Shown: one piece after another, positions 55,648-64,000 of the stretch
How the letters are laid out: each line of letters starts with the position of its first letter
How positions within the stretch are numbered: the stretch's first letter is position 1
Origin: Candidatus Scatosoma sp.
GTDB taxonomy: Bacteria > Bacillota > Clostridia > Christensenellales > Borkfalkiaceae
Direction: 5' to 3'
DNA length: 64,000 nucleotides
Assembly (NCBI GenBank): GCA_045576335.1
Contig: JAZNGH010000008.1
Coordinates: 26,142 to 90,141 of the forward strand
Notes under the pieces: model-generated
Told to the model about the DNA's origin: nothing
The model's database searches: none
Seen by the model: only the letters and a program-made list of their open reading frames with translations
Made by a program: the position numbers and the translations under genes

Positions 55648-57306
55648 TTGTCTTTGCTTGACGAAAGAAAAATGATAGACGGTGCCGCTTTTGAGAAAAT
55701 GATTCTCGGCGGCGTAACCAACCTGCAAGCAAACTTGCAGGAAGTAAACGACCTCAACGTATTTCCCGTTCCCGACGGGGACACGGGCGAGAATATGTTT
55801 TTGACTTTGCAAGGCGGTTTTGAACAGCTCCAAAGGGACGAATGCTTTGCGCTTTGCGATAAAGCGTACGCAATGGCGCAAGGTATGCTGCTTGGTGCGC
55901 GGGGCAATTCGGGCGTTATTTTATCCCAGCTTTTTTACGGGCTTGCCGAGGGCTTGGCGGGGTTAGACTATGCCGACCTTCCACAGTTTGGCAACGCCTT
56001 AAAGGCGGGCGTCAAATGCGCGTACGGCGCGGTGGCGCACCCTGTCGAGGGTACGATTTTGACTGTTGCCCGCGAAGCGGTGGAAAATATTTGTTCAAAG
56101 CTCAACGCCGAAATGACGGTGGAAGAATTTTTTGCGGGATACCTTGCGGAAATGAAGAAATCCTTGCAAAGAACTCCCGATTTGCTTGCCGTGCTCAAAG
56201 AATCGGGCGTGATTGACAGCGGCGGTGCGGGGCTCGTGTATATCACGGAAGGCTTTTGCAAAGCCCTTGGCGGCGCGGAGCTGATGAACGAGCTTGCCCT
56301 TGCCTCCGCTTCCTCTCAAAAGTCGTTGGACTTTTCCAAATTCAATGAAAATTCGGTAATGGAGTTTGGGTATTGCACGGAGCTTTTGGTGCAGCTCCAA
56401 CACGCGAAAACGGATATTTCCAAATTCTCCGTGGAGGAATTGATTGTGTTTTTGGAAACGGTGGGCGATTCTATCGTAGCCTTCCAAACGGGCACGATCG
56501 TAAAAATCCACGTGCATACGCTCACGCCTTGGCAGGTGCTGGCGCATTGCCAACAATTCGGTGAATTTCTCACTGTCAAAATTGAAAATATGACCCTGCA
56601 ACACAACGAAAATACGGAGCTTTCCAAGCCCGCAAATCCGCGCCGTAAATACGCCACCGTGACGGTAGCGACGGGCGAGGGCTTAAAGCAGACGTTTTTG
56701 GATATGGGCGCGGATTACGTAATTGCGGGCGGACAAACGAACAACCCCTCCGCCGACGATTTTATCCACGCATTCGACGAGGTGAACGCCGAGCATATCT
56801 TCGTCCTGCCCAACAACGGCAACGTTATTTTGGCGGCGCAACAGGCGGCGAAAATCTACGAAAAATCAGCGGTCCGCGTAGTGGAAAGCAAGAGTATAGG
56901 GCAGGGCTATTCCGCGCTTTCTATGCTGGATTACGGTTTGGACGACGCGGAGGGTATCGCGTCTATGCTTTGGGAAAGTATGCAGGGAACGACGACGGGC
57001 ATGGTCGCGCAAGCCGTCCGTACGACGACGCTCAACGGCGTTGAGGTCGTAAAGGACGGGTATATGGGCTTTACCGACCACACCATGCTCACCTGCCGTC
57101 CCACGAAGGTAGAGGCACTCGCTTCCCTTTTGGAAAAATTAGAGGTCAAGGATAAGGAATATAGCATTATCGTATACGGCAAAACGGTGACGGACGAAGA
57201 AAAAACGGCAGTGAAAGCCTTGCTGGAAAAGGACTATCCTCTCGTAGAAGCCTACGAGATAGACGGCGGGCAGGAAGTGTACGATTTCCTTGTGATTATC
57301 GAATAA
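55648..57306 (+). CDS. DAK2-domain fusion protein, YloV-like
   Basis: The VPDGDTGENM Dak2 motif followed by a DegV-like C-terminal half. The start is either TTG 55648 or ATG 55672. Confidence 0.8.
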   Translation: MSLLDERKMIDGAAFEKMILGGVTNLQANLQEVNDLNVFPVPDGDTGENMFLTLQGGFEQLQRDECFALCDKAYAMAQGMLLGARGNSGVILSQLFYGLAEGLAGLDYADLPQFGNALKAGVKCAYGAVAHPVEGTILTVAREAVENICSKLNAEMTVEEFFAGYLAEMKKSLQRTPDLLAVLKESGVIDSGGAGLVYITEGFCKALGGAELMNELALASASSQKSLDFSKFNENSVMEFGYCTELLVQLQHAKTDISKFSVEELIVFLETVGDSIVAFQTGTIVKIHVHTLTPWQVLAHCQQFGEFLTVKIENMTLQHNENTELSKPANPRRKYATVTVATGEGLKQTFLDMGADYVIAGGQTNNPSADDFIHAFDEVNAEHIFVLPNNGNVILAAQQAAKIYEKSAVRVVESKSIGQGYSALSMLDYGLDDAEGIASMLWESMQGTTTGMVAQAVRTTTLNGVEVVKDGYMGFTDHTMLTCRPTKVEALASLLEKLEVKDKEYSIIVYGKTVTDEEKTAVKALLEKDYPLVEAYEIDGGQEVYDFLVIIE

Positions 57307-57316
57307 AATGTTTATG

Positions 57317-57342
57317 AAAAACGCCTTTCGGGGCGTTTTTTC
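57317..57342 (+). terminator. Intrinsic terminator
   Basis: ACGCC-TTTCGG-GGCGT followed by TTTTTT. Confidence 0.6.
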
Positions 57343-57371
57343 TTGAATAAAAAGCCTTTTTATGCTATAAT
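57343..57371 (+). promoter_or_regulatory. Promoter TTGAAT-17-TATAAT of the HAD/GH3 operon
   Basis: Read directly from the sequence. Confidence 0.6.
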
Positions 57372-57387
57372 GAAAAAAGGGTGTAAG

Positions 57388-58233
57388 ATGAAAAGCTTAA
57401 ACGATTATCAAAAAAACAAAGAATGGCTGGTGTGCGTAGACAGCGACGGTTGCGCTATGGACACGATGGATATCAAGCATATCCGCTGCTTTGGACCTTG
57501 CATGGTCGAGGAGTGGGGGCTTGAACAATGGCGCGAGGAGCTGCTCGCGCGGTGGAACGATATCAACTTATACACGCTCACGCGCGGGATTAACCGCTTC
57601 AAGGGACTTGCGCTCGCGCTTGCGGAGGTGGATAATAAGTATACGCCCGTCGAGGATATTCAAACGCTCGTCCGCTGGGCGGAGAACGCAAAGGAGCTTT
57701 CCAACGCCGCTCTTAAAAAGGCAATCGAGGAAAATCCCGACAGCGTATCCCTCAAAAAAGCCCTTTCTTGGAGCGTTGCGGTAAACGAAGCGATCACCGC
57801 GCTTCCCGAGGCGGTCAAGCTGCCCTTTGAAAAGGTCAAGGAAGCCTTGGCGTTCGCGCACGAGCGCGCGGATATCGCCGTGGTGTCGAGTGCGAATTTG
57901 GACGCGGTGATAGAGGAATGGGAAAAGCACGGGCTTTTGCAGCATACCGATATCGTGCTTGCCCAAAACGCGGGCAGTAAAGCATTTTGCATAGGCGAGC
58001 TTTTGAAAAAGGGCTATAAAAAGGAGAACGTCGTGATGTGCGGCGACGCACTTGGCGATATGCAGGCGGCGGAGAAAAACGGCGTGGGCTATTACCCCAT
58101 ACTCGTCAAAAAGGAAAGGGAGAGCTGGGAAGAATTTATCGCACTCGCCTTTGACAAGCTAATAGACGGGACGTATGCAGGGGCGTATCAGAAAGGGAAA
58201 AAAGCCGAGTTTTTGAAAAATCTCGGCGCGTAA
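57388..58233 (+). CDS. HAD-superfamily hydrolase
   Basis: Motif I is VDSDGC; motif IV is CGDALGD. Confidence 0.65.
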   Translation: MKSLNDYQKNKEWLVCVDSDGCAMDTMDIKHIRCFGPCMVEEWGLEQWREELLARWNDINLYTLTRGINRFKGLALALAEVDNKYTPVEDIQTLVRWAENAKELSNAALKKAIEENPDSVSLKKALSWSVAVNEAITALPEAVKLPFEKVKEALAFAHERADIAVVSSANLDAVIEEWEKHGLLQHTDIVLAQNAGSKAFCIGELLKKGYKKENVVMCGDALGDMQAAEKNGVGYYPILVKKERESWEEFIALAFDKLIDGTYAGAYQKGKKAEFLKNLGA

Positions 58234-58255
58234 TATAGATAAGGAGAAAAAGAAA

Positions 58256-60028
58256 ATGGTAGACTTAAAGGCAAAGCCCTATTATCTTTCCGACGGAGAT
58301 ATTCAATGGGTAAACGAAACGATTGCGGGAATGTCGGACGAGGAAAAGGTCGGACAGCTGTTTTTCCAGCTCACGGCGGGCATAGACGAGGCGTATTTGA
58401 AAAATTTAATGGAGAAATACCACCTTGGCGGTTGTCGCTATAACAATATGCCGGGGGCGGCGGTGCAAATGCAAAACGCGACCTTGCAAAAATACGCCAA
58501 AATCCCTTTGTTTATCGCTTGCAATACCGAAACGGGCGGCAACGGAGCTTGCTCGGACGGAACGTTTATCGGCAGCGGTATCAAGATAGGCGCGACGGGA
58601 AAAACGGAATACGCGTACGCGCTTGGTAAATATTCCAACGAGGAAGCGGCGGCAATCGGCTGTAATATGGCGTTCGCGCCCGTTTGCGATATACACTATA
58701 ACTGGGAGAATACCGAGGTCGTGGCGCGCGCGTTCGGTAACGAGCCCGCCCGCGTAGCGGAAATGAGCAAGGCGTATTTAGAGGGCGCGCATACGATTGA
58801 GGGCTTTGCTTGTGCGGCAAAGCATTTCCCCGGCAACGGTCAGGATTTCCGCGACGCGCATATTTCCAACAATATCAATTCGTTTACGGAAGAGGAATGG
58901 ATGCAAAGCTACGGGCTGGTATATAAAACGCTGTTCGATAGCGATTTGGACGCGGTGATGGGCGGACATATTATGATGCCCGCGTATATGCGCGCGGTCA
59001 AGCCCGATATCAAGGACGAGGAAATGCTGCCCGCCACGCTTTGTCCCGAAATCATGACGGGTTTGTTGCGCGATAAGCTGGGCTTTAACGGTATGGTCGT
59101 CACCGACGCAAGCCATATGGTGGCTATGACCAACCGTATGACGAGAAAGGAAATGTTACCTGCTTGTATCAACGCGGGCTGTGATATGTTCCTGTTCTTC
59201 AACGACCCCGACGAGGATTTCGCGACGATGCTGGAAGCCTACCAAACGGGCAAAATCAGCGAAGCGAGAATGAACGAAGCCCTTACCCGCATTTTGGGCT
59301 TAAAGGCGCGTATGGGCTTGCATAAAAAGAGCAAGGAAGCGTTGAGCACGCCCAAGGACGTTTCTTCTTCGCTTGGAAAGGCGGAATATAAAAAGGCGGA
59401 GGCGGATATCAGCAAGGATTGTATCACGCTCGTGAAATACAAGGATAAAGACGTATTGCCGCTTACGCCCGAAAAGTATAAACGCATTATGATTGTATAC
59501 GTCAAAGGCGCGGCGGGTGCAATGGACGCGCTCGTGCAAATGGCTATGGGCGGCGGTGGAGCAAGAAAAACGCCCGCCGAGGAGCTTCGTGACCGACTGC
59601 TTGACAAGGGCTTCGACGCGTTCATTTACGAAAGCCCTATCGAGAAGATGAAAAAGCAAATCGCGGCAGGGGAGAAGCCCAGCTTGAATTTGTACTTTGC
59701 GGGCAAGAACGCGATTGCGGATTTCGTTTCCGAGCAAGACCTCGTAATCACCCTTTGCGACGTGGCGAACGGCCGCCCCAGCTTCGGGCTGTCCAAGGGC
59801 GGCGGGGAAATCCCTTGGTACGTTTTCGAATTGCCCGTCGTGGCAATCAGCGTCAACGCGCCGACTATGCTCGCGGATATCCCGCAAGTACGCACCTATA
59901 TCAACGCGTACGATAGCAAGCCCTCTACGCTGGACGCGCTCGTGGATAATCTCGTAACGGGCGAGCAAGCCTTTAAGGGCAAAGACCCTATCGACAGCTT
60001 CTGTGGGCTTTGGGACGCTAAAATTTAA
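58256..60028 (+). CDS. Glycoside hydrolase family 3 protein
   Basis: KHFPGNG, and GFNGMVVTDA carrying the Asp nucleophile. Confidence 0.8.
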   Translation: MVDLKAKPYYLSDGDIQWVNETIAGMSDEEKVGQLFFQLTAGIDEAYLKNLMEKYHLGGCRYNNMPGAAVQMQNATLQKYAKIPLFIACNTETGGNGACSDGTFIGSGIKIGATGKTEYAYALGKYSNEEAAAIGCNMAFAPVCDIHYNWENTEVVARAFGNEPARVAEMSKAYLEGAHTIEGFACAAKHFPGNGQDFRDAHISNNINSFTEEEWMQSYGLVYKTLFDSDLDAVMGGHIMMPAYMRAVKPDIKDEEMLPATLCPEIMTGLLRDKLGFNGMVVTDASHMVAMTNRMTRKEMLPACINAGCDMFLFFNDPDEDFATMLEAYQTGKISEARMNEALTRILGLKARMGLHKKSKEALSTPKDVSSSLGKAEYKKAEADISKDCITLVKYKDKDVLPLTPEKYKRIMIVYVKGAAGAMDALVQMAMGGGGARKTPAEELRDRLLDKGFDAFIYESPIEKMKKQIAAGEKPSLNLYFAGKNAIADFVSEQDLVITLCDVANGRPSFGLSKGGGEIPWYVFELPVVAISVNAPTMLADIPQVRTYINAYDSKPSTLDALVDNLVTGEQAFKGKDPIDSFCGLWDAKI

Positions 60029-60035
60029 TAAAACA

Positions 60036-60066
60036 AACCGCTCCCCGTTGCGGGGAGCGGTTATAT
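60036..60066. terminator. Bidirectional intrinsic terminator
   Basis: CCGCTCCCC-loop-GGGGAGCGG stem between convergent genes. Confidence 0.75.
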
Positions 60067-60067
60067 T

Positions 60068-60802
60068 TTACGCTTGATATTCAAAACAGGGAATGGGTTT
60101 GAGCTTAAACTCGTTCAGCTTATGCAGGCGATCGATTTTGGCTTTCACCGCTTCGTCCTCGCATACGCCCTCGCGGATATATTTATCCAACGCGGCGTAG
60201 GTAAACCCAAGGTTATCCTCGTCCGTTTTTCCGCTCAATCCGTCCGAGGGTACTTTATCCACGAGAAAGAGGGGAAGCCCCAACTCCCGCCCGATTGCCT
60301 TGACCTCTTGCACGGTCAGCTTGCCAAGCGGGGAAAAATCACCCGCGGCGTCGCCGTAGCGGGTGGAATAGCCCACCCAGTCCTCCGAGAGATTGCAGGT
60401 GTTTGCGACCCGCCCGTTTTTCGATTGCGAGATTGCGTACAAGGTCGCCATACGGATACGAGGCGGCAGATTGACGATCGTTTGACGGCTCGCTTCCACG
60501 CCCGCCTTTTCCATACTTTCCAAAACGCCTTCCACGCCTTTTTGAATATTGCAGGTATAATACGCAATACCCAGGTGTTTGACGAGCGCTTTGGAACAAT
60601 CGATATCGCTTTGCTCGCCGTTGGGCATAAGCACGCCGATTACGCGCTCTTTTCCAAGTGCCTCCACGCAAAGCGCGGCAACCACGCTGGAATCCTTGCC
60701 GCCCGAAATCCCGATTACGGCGTTACAGCCTTTGCCGTTTTCTTCAAACCATTCTCGTATCCACGCCACGGCTTGCGCGGCGGTTTTTTTTGCGTCGAAC
60801 AT
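60068..60802 (-). CDS. nadE: NH3-dependent NAD+ synthetase
   Basis: GISGGKDSSVVAAL PP-loop. ATG at 60802 follows AAGGAGG. Confidence 0.9.
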   Translation of the reverse strand: MFDAKKTAAQAVAWIREWFEENGKGCNAVIGISGGKDSSVVAALCVEALGKERVIGVLMPNGEQSDIDCSKALVKHLGIAYYTCNIQKGVEGVLESMEKAGVEASRQTIVNLPPRIRMATLYAISQSKNGRVANTCNLSEDWVGYSTRYGDAAGDFSPLGKLTVQEVKAIGRELGLPLFLVDKVPSDGLSGKTDEDNLGFTYAALDKYIREGVCEDEAVKAKIDRLHKLNEFKLKPIPCFEYQA

Positions 60803-60812
60803 ATTATCCTCC

Positions 60813-60920
60813 TTAGGCTTGTTGCGATTCAACTCTTGTCAGGCTAACCCATTCCATATAATCCTCCCTCGCGCAAAAGGCGTCTTTTTAGGCTTGTTGC
60901 GGTTCAACTCTTGTCAGGCT
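60813..60920. repeat. 33-bp direct repeat (1 mismatch) bracketing a solo MITE-end fragment (60846-60890)
   Basis: TTAGGCTTGTTGCG(A/G)TTCAACTCTTGTCAGGCT occurs at 60813-60845 and 60888-60920. Between them, AACCCATTCCATATAATCCTCCCTCGCGCAAAAGGCGTCTTTTTA resembles a MITE TIR plus the adjacent interior. Confidence 0.75.
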
Positions 60921-63015
60921 ATTCGCTTACGCCGAAAAGCAGCTCGCCGTAAGTAGGGAAAGGCCAAGCGTCAGCCGATACGAGCGTTTCCATCTCGTCG
61001 GCGTACGCCCGCAATTTCTCCATAGTAGAAAGCAAGCTGTCCTTGCAGAACGCGGCAAGCGTCGAAACCTCCGTCAAAAGCTCCGATTTCTTCAAGCCCG
61101 CTTCCAGTGCCTTAACCTCCGCATACGCCTTGGAAAGGAGCGCGGAGAGCTTTTGCAAAATTTCTTCCTCGTAGGTACAATCCAAGTCCAAGCCCACTGC
61201 TTTTTTGGAAAGCAGGGTATTGCCGACCGTTTGCAAATATCCGCTCACGGCAGGCAGAATGTCCTTTTTCGCCATTTCAATCATAGTCCGCGCTTCGATA
61301 GCGACGATACTGCAATAATCTTCAAGGAAAATTTCAAGGCGCGACTGCATTTCCTTTTCCGTGTATACCTTGTGCGCCGTAAACAGCTCGATATTTTTTC
61401 CGTCGAGATATCGCGCGAGCGCGTCGGGCGTAGAAGGCAGATTGCAAAGTCCGCGTGCCTTGGCTTCATTGAGCCATTTATCGTCGTAGCCGTTGCCGTT
61501 GAAAATAATACGCTTGTGCTTCGTGATTACCCGCTTGATTAAATCGTGCAACGCTCGTTCGAAATCCTCCGCCGCTTCCAGCTCGTCCGCAAACTGTCTT
61601 AAAATCTCCGCTACGGCGGTATTGATTACGGTATTCGCCTCCGAAATGGAAGCCGACGAGCCGAGCATACGGAATTCGAATTTATTGCCCGTAAAGGCAA
61701 AGGGGGAGGTACGGTTTCTGTCCGTGGTGTCCTTGGGGAATTTGGGCAAGGTATGTACGCCGACGCGCATCAGCTCTTTTTCCTTTGCGCCGTACGCCTT
61801 GTCCTTTTCGATTGCTTCAAGAATTTCCGTCAGCTCGTCGCCGAGGAATATCGAAACGACGGCAGGGGGAGCTTCGTGCGCGCCCAAACGGTGGTCGTTG
61901 CCCGCCGAAGCCACGGAAATTCGCAACAATTCCTGATAATCGTCCACGGCCTTTATGACCGAGCAAAGGAAGAGCAAAAATTGTGCGTTTTCGTAAGGCG
62001 TTTCGCCAGGCTCAAACAAATTAACGCCCGTGCTCGTGGAAATGGACCAGTTGTTATGCTTACCGCTTCCGTTCACGCCCTCAAACGGCTTTTCGTGCAA
62101 AAGACAGACGAAATCGTGCTTTTTTGCAATCTTTTGCATAATTTCCATCGTGAGCTGGTTATGGTCGGCGGCGATATTCGTCGTTGCGAAAATGGGCGCA
62201 AGCTCGTGCTGCGCGGGTGCGGCCTCGTTGTGTTCGGTTTTCGCCAAAACGCCGAGCTTCCAAAGCTCCTCGTCCAAATCCTTCATAAACGCTTGCACGC
62301 GCGGCTTGATAACGCCGTAATAATGCCCCTCGACCTCTTGTCCCTTGGGCGGCTTCGCACCGAAAAGGGTACGCCCCGTATAGGTGAGGTCCTTGCGCTT
62401 GCGGAACAGCTCCTTGTCCACGAGGAAATATTCCTGTTCAGGACCGACCGTCGTTTTGACGGAAGTCACTTCCTCGTTCCCAAACAGCTTCAATACGCGC
62501 ATAGCTTGGCGGTTGATTGCTTCCATAGAACGGAGCAGGGGGGTCTTTTTATCCAAAGCTTCGCCCCCGTACGAGCAGAACGCCGTGGGGATACACAAAA
62601 CGCCGTCCTTGATAAAGGCGTAAGAGGTCGCGTCCCAAGCGGTATATCCGCGCGCCTCAAAGGTCGCGCGCAAGCCGCCCGAGGGGAAGGACGAAGCGTC
62701 CGTTTCACCGCGAACGAGCTCCTTGCCTGAAAATTCCATGATCACCTTACCGCCGCCCGCGGGGGAGATAAAGCTGTCGTGTTTTTCGGCGGTAATCCCC
62801 GTCATAGGCTGAAACCAATGCGTATAATGGGTCGCACCCAGCTCCACCGCCCAGTCCTTCATAGCGGCGGCGACGGCGTTGGCGACGGACAAATTAAGGC
62901 TTCTGCCGTGCTCCATCGTTCTTTTGAGCGTGTTATACACCTCGGGGGAAAGCCTTTCCTGCATCACCGCGTCGTTAAAGACCATACAACCGAAATAATC
63001 AGACACAAGTTTCAT
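60919..63015 (-). CDS. glnN: Type III glutamine synthetase
   Basis: About 700 aa. N-terminus [15 protein letters not shown]...[17 protein letters not shown] at 63015 follows GAGGAA. Confidence 0.88.
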   Translation of the reverse strand: MKLVSDYFGCMVFNDAVMQERLSPEVYNTLKRTMEHGRSLNLSVANAVAAAMKDWAVELGATHYTHWFQPMTGITAEKHDSFISPAGGGKVIMEFSGKELVRGETDASSFPSGGLRATFEARGYTAWDATSYAFIKDGVLCIPTAFCSYGGEALDKKTPLLRSMEAINRQAMRVLKLFGNEEVTSVKTTVGPEQEYFLVDKELFRKRKDLTYTGRTLFGAKPPKGQEVEGHYYGVIKPRVQAFMKDLDEELWKLGVLAKTEHNEAAPAQHELAPIFATTNIAADHNQLTMEIMQKIAKKHDFVCLLHEKPFEGVNGSGKHNNWSISTSTGVNLFEPGETPYENAQFLLFLCSVIKAVDDYQELLRISVASAGNDHRLGAHEAPPAVVSIFLGDELTEILEAIEKDKAYGAKEKELMRVGVHTLPKFPKDTTDRNRTSPFAFTGNKFEFRMLGSSASISEANTVINTAVAEILRQFADELEAAEDFERALHDLIKRVITKHKRIIFNGNGYDDKWLNEAKARGLCNLPSTPDALARYLDGKNIELFTAHKVYTEKEMQSRLEIFLEDYCSIVAIEARTMIEMAKKDILPAVSGYLQTVGNTLLSKKAVGLDLDCTYEEEILQKLSALLSKAYAEVKALEAGLKKSELLTEVSTLAAFCKDSLLSTMEKLRAYADEMETLVSADAWPFPTYGELLFGVSE

Positions 63016-63034
63016 ACGATCGTTCCTCACTCGT

Positions 63035-63115
63035 AAAAAATAAAAGGCAAAGGCAAAACCCTTTCTCGCCTCTGCCGTTAAAAATATTATACCTTATTTA
63101 TAAGGCGTTTGTCAA
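63035..63115 (-). promoter_or_regulatory. glnN promoter (TTGACA-18-TATAAT) and leader hairpin plus U-run (candidate attenuator)
   Basis: -35 at 63110-63115 and -10 at 63086-63091. GGCAGAGGC/GCCTTTGCC stem (63046-63076) followed by TTTTATTTTTT just before the RBS. Confidence 0.5.
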
Positions 63116-63171
63116 CGCTTCTAAAAACGGTTTTTTTCGATTTTTATATTTTGGCTCTTGAAATACCGCGT

Positions 63172-63378
63172 TTAATCAACGAAACCAAGCAAATAATCGG
63201 ACGAAACTTCAAAATATTTGCATAAAGCAATAATATAACTTAACTTCGGCTCGTTAATTCCTTTTTCCCAATAGCTTATTGCCGAATAAGTCGTACCGAT
63301 TGCAAGACCCAATTCCTTTTGGCTTAATCCTTTTGCCGTGCGTAATTCTTTTAATCTTTTTCGAAATTCCATAGTCAT
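63172..63378 (-). CDS. XRE-family HTH repressor (68 aa), probably leaderless
   Basis: LRTAKGLSQKELGLAIGTTYSAISYWEKG. The TAAAAT -10 ends about 6-7 nt before the ATG at 63378. Confidence 0.75.
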   Translation of the reverse strand: MTMEFRKRLKELRTAKGLSQKELGLAIGTTYSAISYWEKGINEPKLSYIIALCKYFEVSSDYLLGFVD

Positions 63379-63390
63379 AATAATATTTTA

Positions 63391-63459
63391 CAAGAAATCT
63401 TGATAAAAGTCTTGACTTTCAAGAAATCTTGATGTATAATATATTCAAGAAAACTTGAA
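63391..63459. promoter_or_regulatory. Three palindromic operator-like sites (CAAGAAA(T/A)CTTG) overlapping a TTGACT-17-TATAAT promoter
   Basis: Sites at 63391-63402, 63419-63432 (inside the promoter spacer) and 63444-63459. -35 at 63412-63417 and -10 at 63435-63440. Confidence 0.65.
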
Positions 63460-63474
63460 ACGGGAGAAAAAGCT

Positions 63475-63792
63475 ATGCCGAGAAAGAATAAAACTTGTAG
63501 CAGTTGCGGAAATTACGGGGCATATTATAAAAAAGGGTATTGCCATTTTTTCAAGCAAGATTGCGGTTTTTGTACTTTACATAAAGAAATCGTGGATAAA
63601 AACTACGGTTGCGACAAATGGAAAGAGGATATCATTCGTCGTAAATTACGAAAAAGTACGCTTATGCGTGCATTGCGTGAAATTTTGACGGATATTGCGG
63701 AGATACGCCAAATCATAGGGGAGGAGCGGCACTACGAGGATTTTTTGACTGTGAACGAGGAGGATTTCTTGAATAACGATAAAGAAAAATGA
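63475..63792 (+). CDS. Cys-rich 105-aa hypothetical protein (CxxC...C...CxxC...C) with helical acidic tail
   Basis: An ORF with a GGGAG RBS downstream of the operator-controlled promoter. No family recognised. Confidence 0.5.
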   Translation: MPRKNKTCSSCGNYGAYYKKGYCHFFKQDCGFCTLHKEIVDKNYGCDKWKEDIIRRKLRKSTLMRALREILTDIAEIRQIIGEERHYEDFLTVNEEDFLNNDKEK

Positions 63793-63814
63793 TGATGTGG
63801 TGAGGCTTTACCTA

Positions 63815-64000
63815 TTATTTTTGCGGAAAAGTAGGGGTGTCTTGCCGTTCGGGCATAAATTTCCAATACCGCGCGGGCATATATCCGCGCATTTGCTTTA
63901 ACCGCTCGCGCGAGGGGATATTCACCGCCGCGTAATACCGCTTCCACAGCGATTGCCAGCCCTCCTCGTTTGCGGAAAGCAAAATTTCCGCTTGCGAAAG
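63815..64000 (-). CDS. C-terminal 61 aa of a DUF4130/TIGR03915-like putative DNA-metabolism protein (5' part outside window)
   Basis: My own translation of the minus strand gives ...EEGWQSLWKRYYAAVNIPSRERLKQMRGYMPARYWKFMPE...*. The stop is at 63815-63817. This ORF is not in the supplied track because it has no start codon inside the window. Confidence 0.55.
   Translation of the reverse strand, partial: LSQAEILLSANEEGWQSLWKRYYAAVNIPSRERLKQMRGYMPARYWKFMPERQDTPTFPQK

Noticed and set aside
1-64000. CRISPR arrays, rRNA genes, transposase/IS elements and prophage structural genes.
   Set aside because: I saw no regularly spaced short direct repeats, no rRNA-like sequence and no transposase- or capsid/terminase-like ORF in any frame of the supplied track.

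Overview
This is a 64-kb chromosomal window that looks like a Gram-positive anaerobe of the class Clostridia. That placement is an inference from gene content and order: DUF512-der-plsY, ECF S-components behind cobalamin and THF riboswitches, SpoIIAA/SpoIIAB-like partner-switching genes, type III glutamine synthetase, DUF421/DUF4363, TTGACA-17-TATAAT promoters and GGAGG ribosome-binding sites. No database search was possible. All calls come from motif recognition in the supplied translations and from reading the DNA by eye.

The backbone is housekeeping: argJ-argB-argD-argF, an ABC-F ATPase, metK, asnA, secA-prfB, tsaD, tkt, a PGM/PMM-family mutase, lgt-pncB-lspA-rluD-DUF512-der-plsY-trkA-trkH, ssrA (tmRNA), zupT, a YloV-like protein, a GH3 enzyme, nadE and a type III glutamine synthetase.

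The parts most worth a second look are:
1. A MITE-like repeat family that I could not name. Two full copies (274 bp and 200 bp) have 25-nt terminal inverted repeats and TA flanks, and there is one solo end fragment. The interior orientation does not follow the TIR variants, which fits an invertible interior.
2. An atypical four-gene sigma-factor partner-switching module: STAS, a degenerate SpoIIAB-like protein, a sigma factor, and a short kinase-like anti-sigma factor.
3. An AT-rich restriction-modification-like islet lying against tRNA-Ser(UGA).
4. An AT-rich islet next to ssrA, carrying a YpsA/DUF1273 SLOG protein, three tandem XRE HTH genes, and an inverted copy of the tmRNA 3' end.
5. A phage-like XRE repressor switch with three palindromic operators driving a Cys-rich 105-aa ORF.
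6. A frameshifted QueG-like Fe-S gene.

Several long ORFs in the supplied track are antisense artefacts or carry spurious N-terminal extensions. I corrected starts where an ATG/TTG with a ribosome-binding site was visible.
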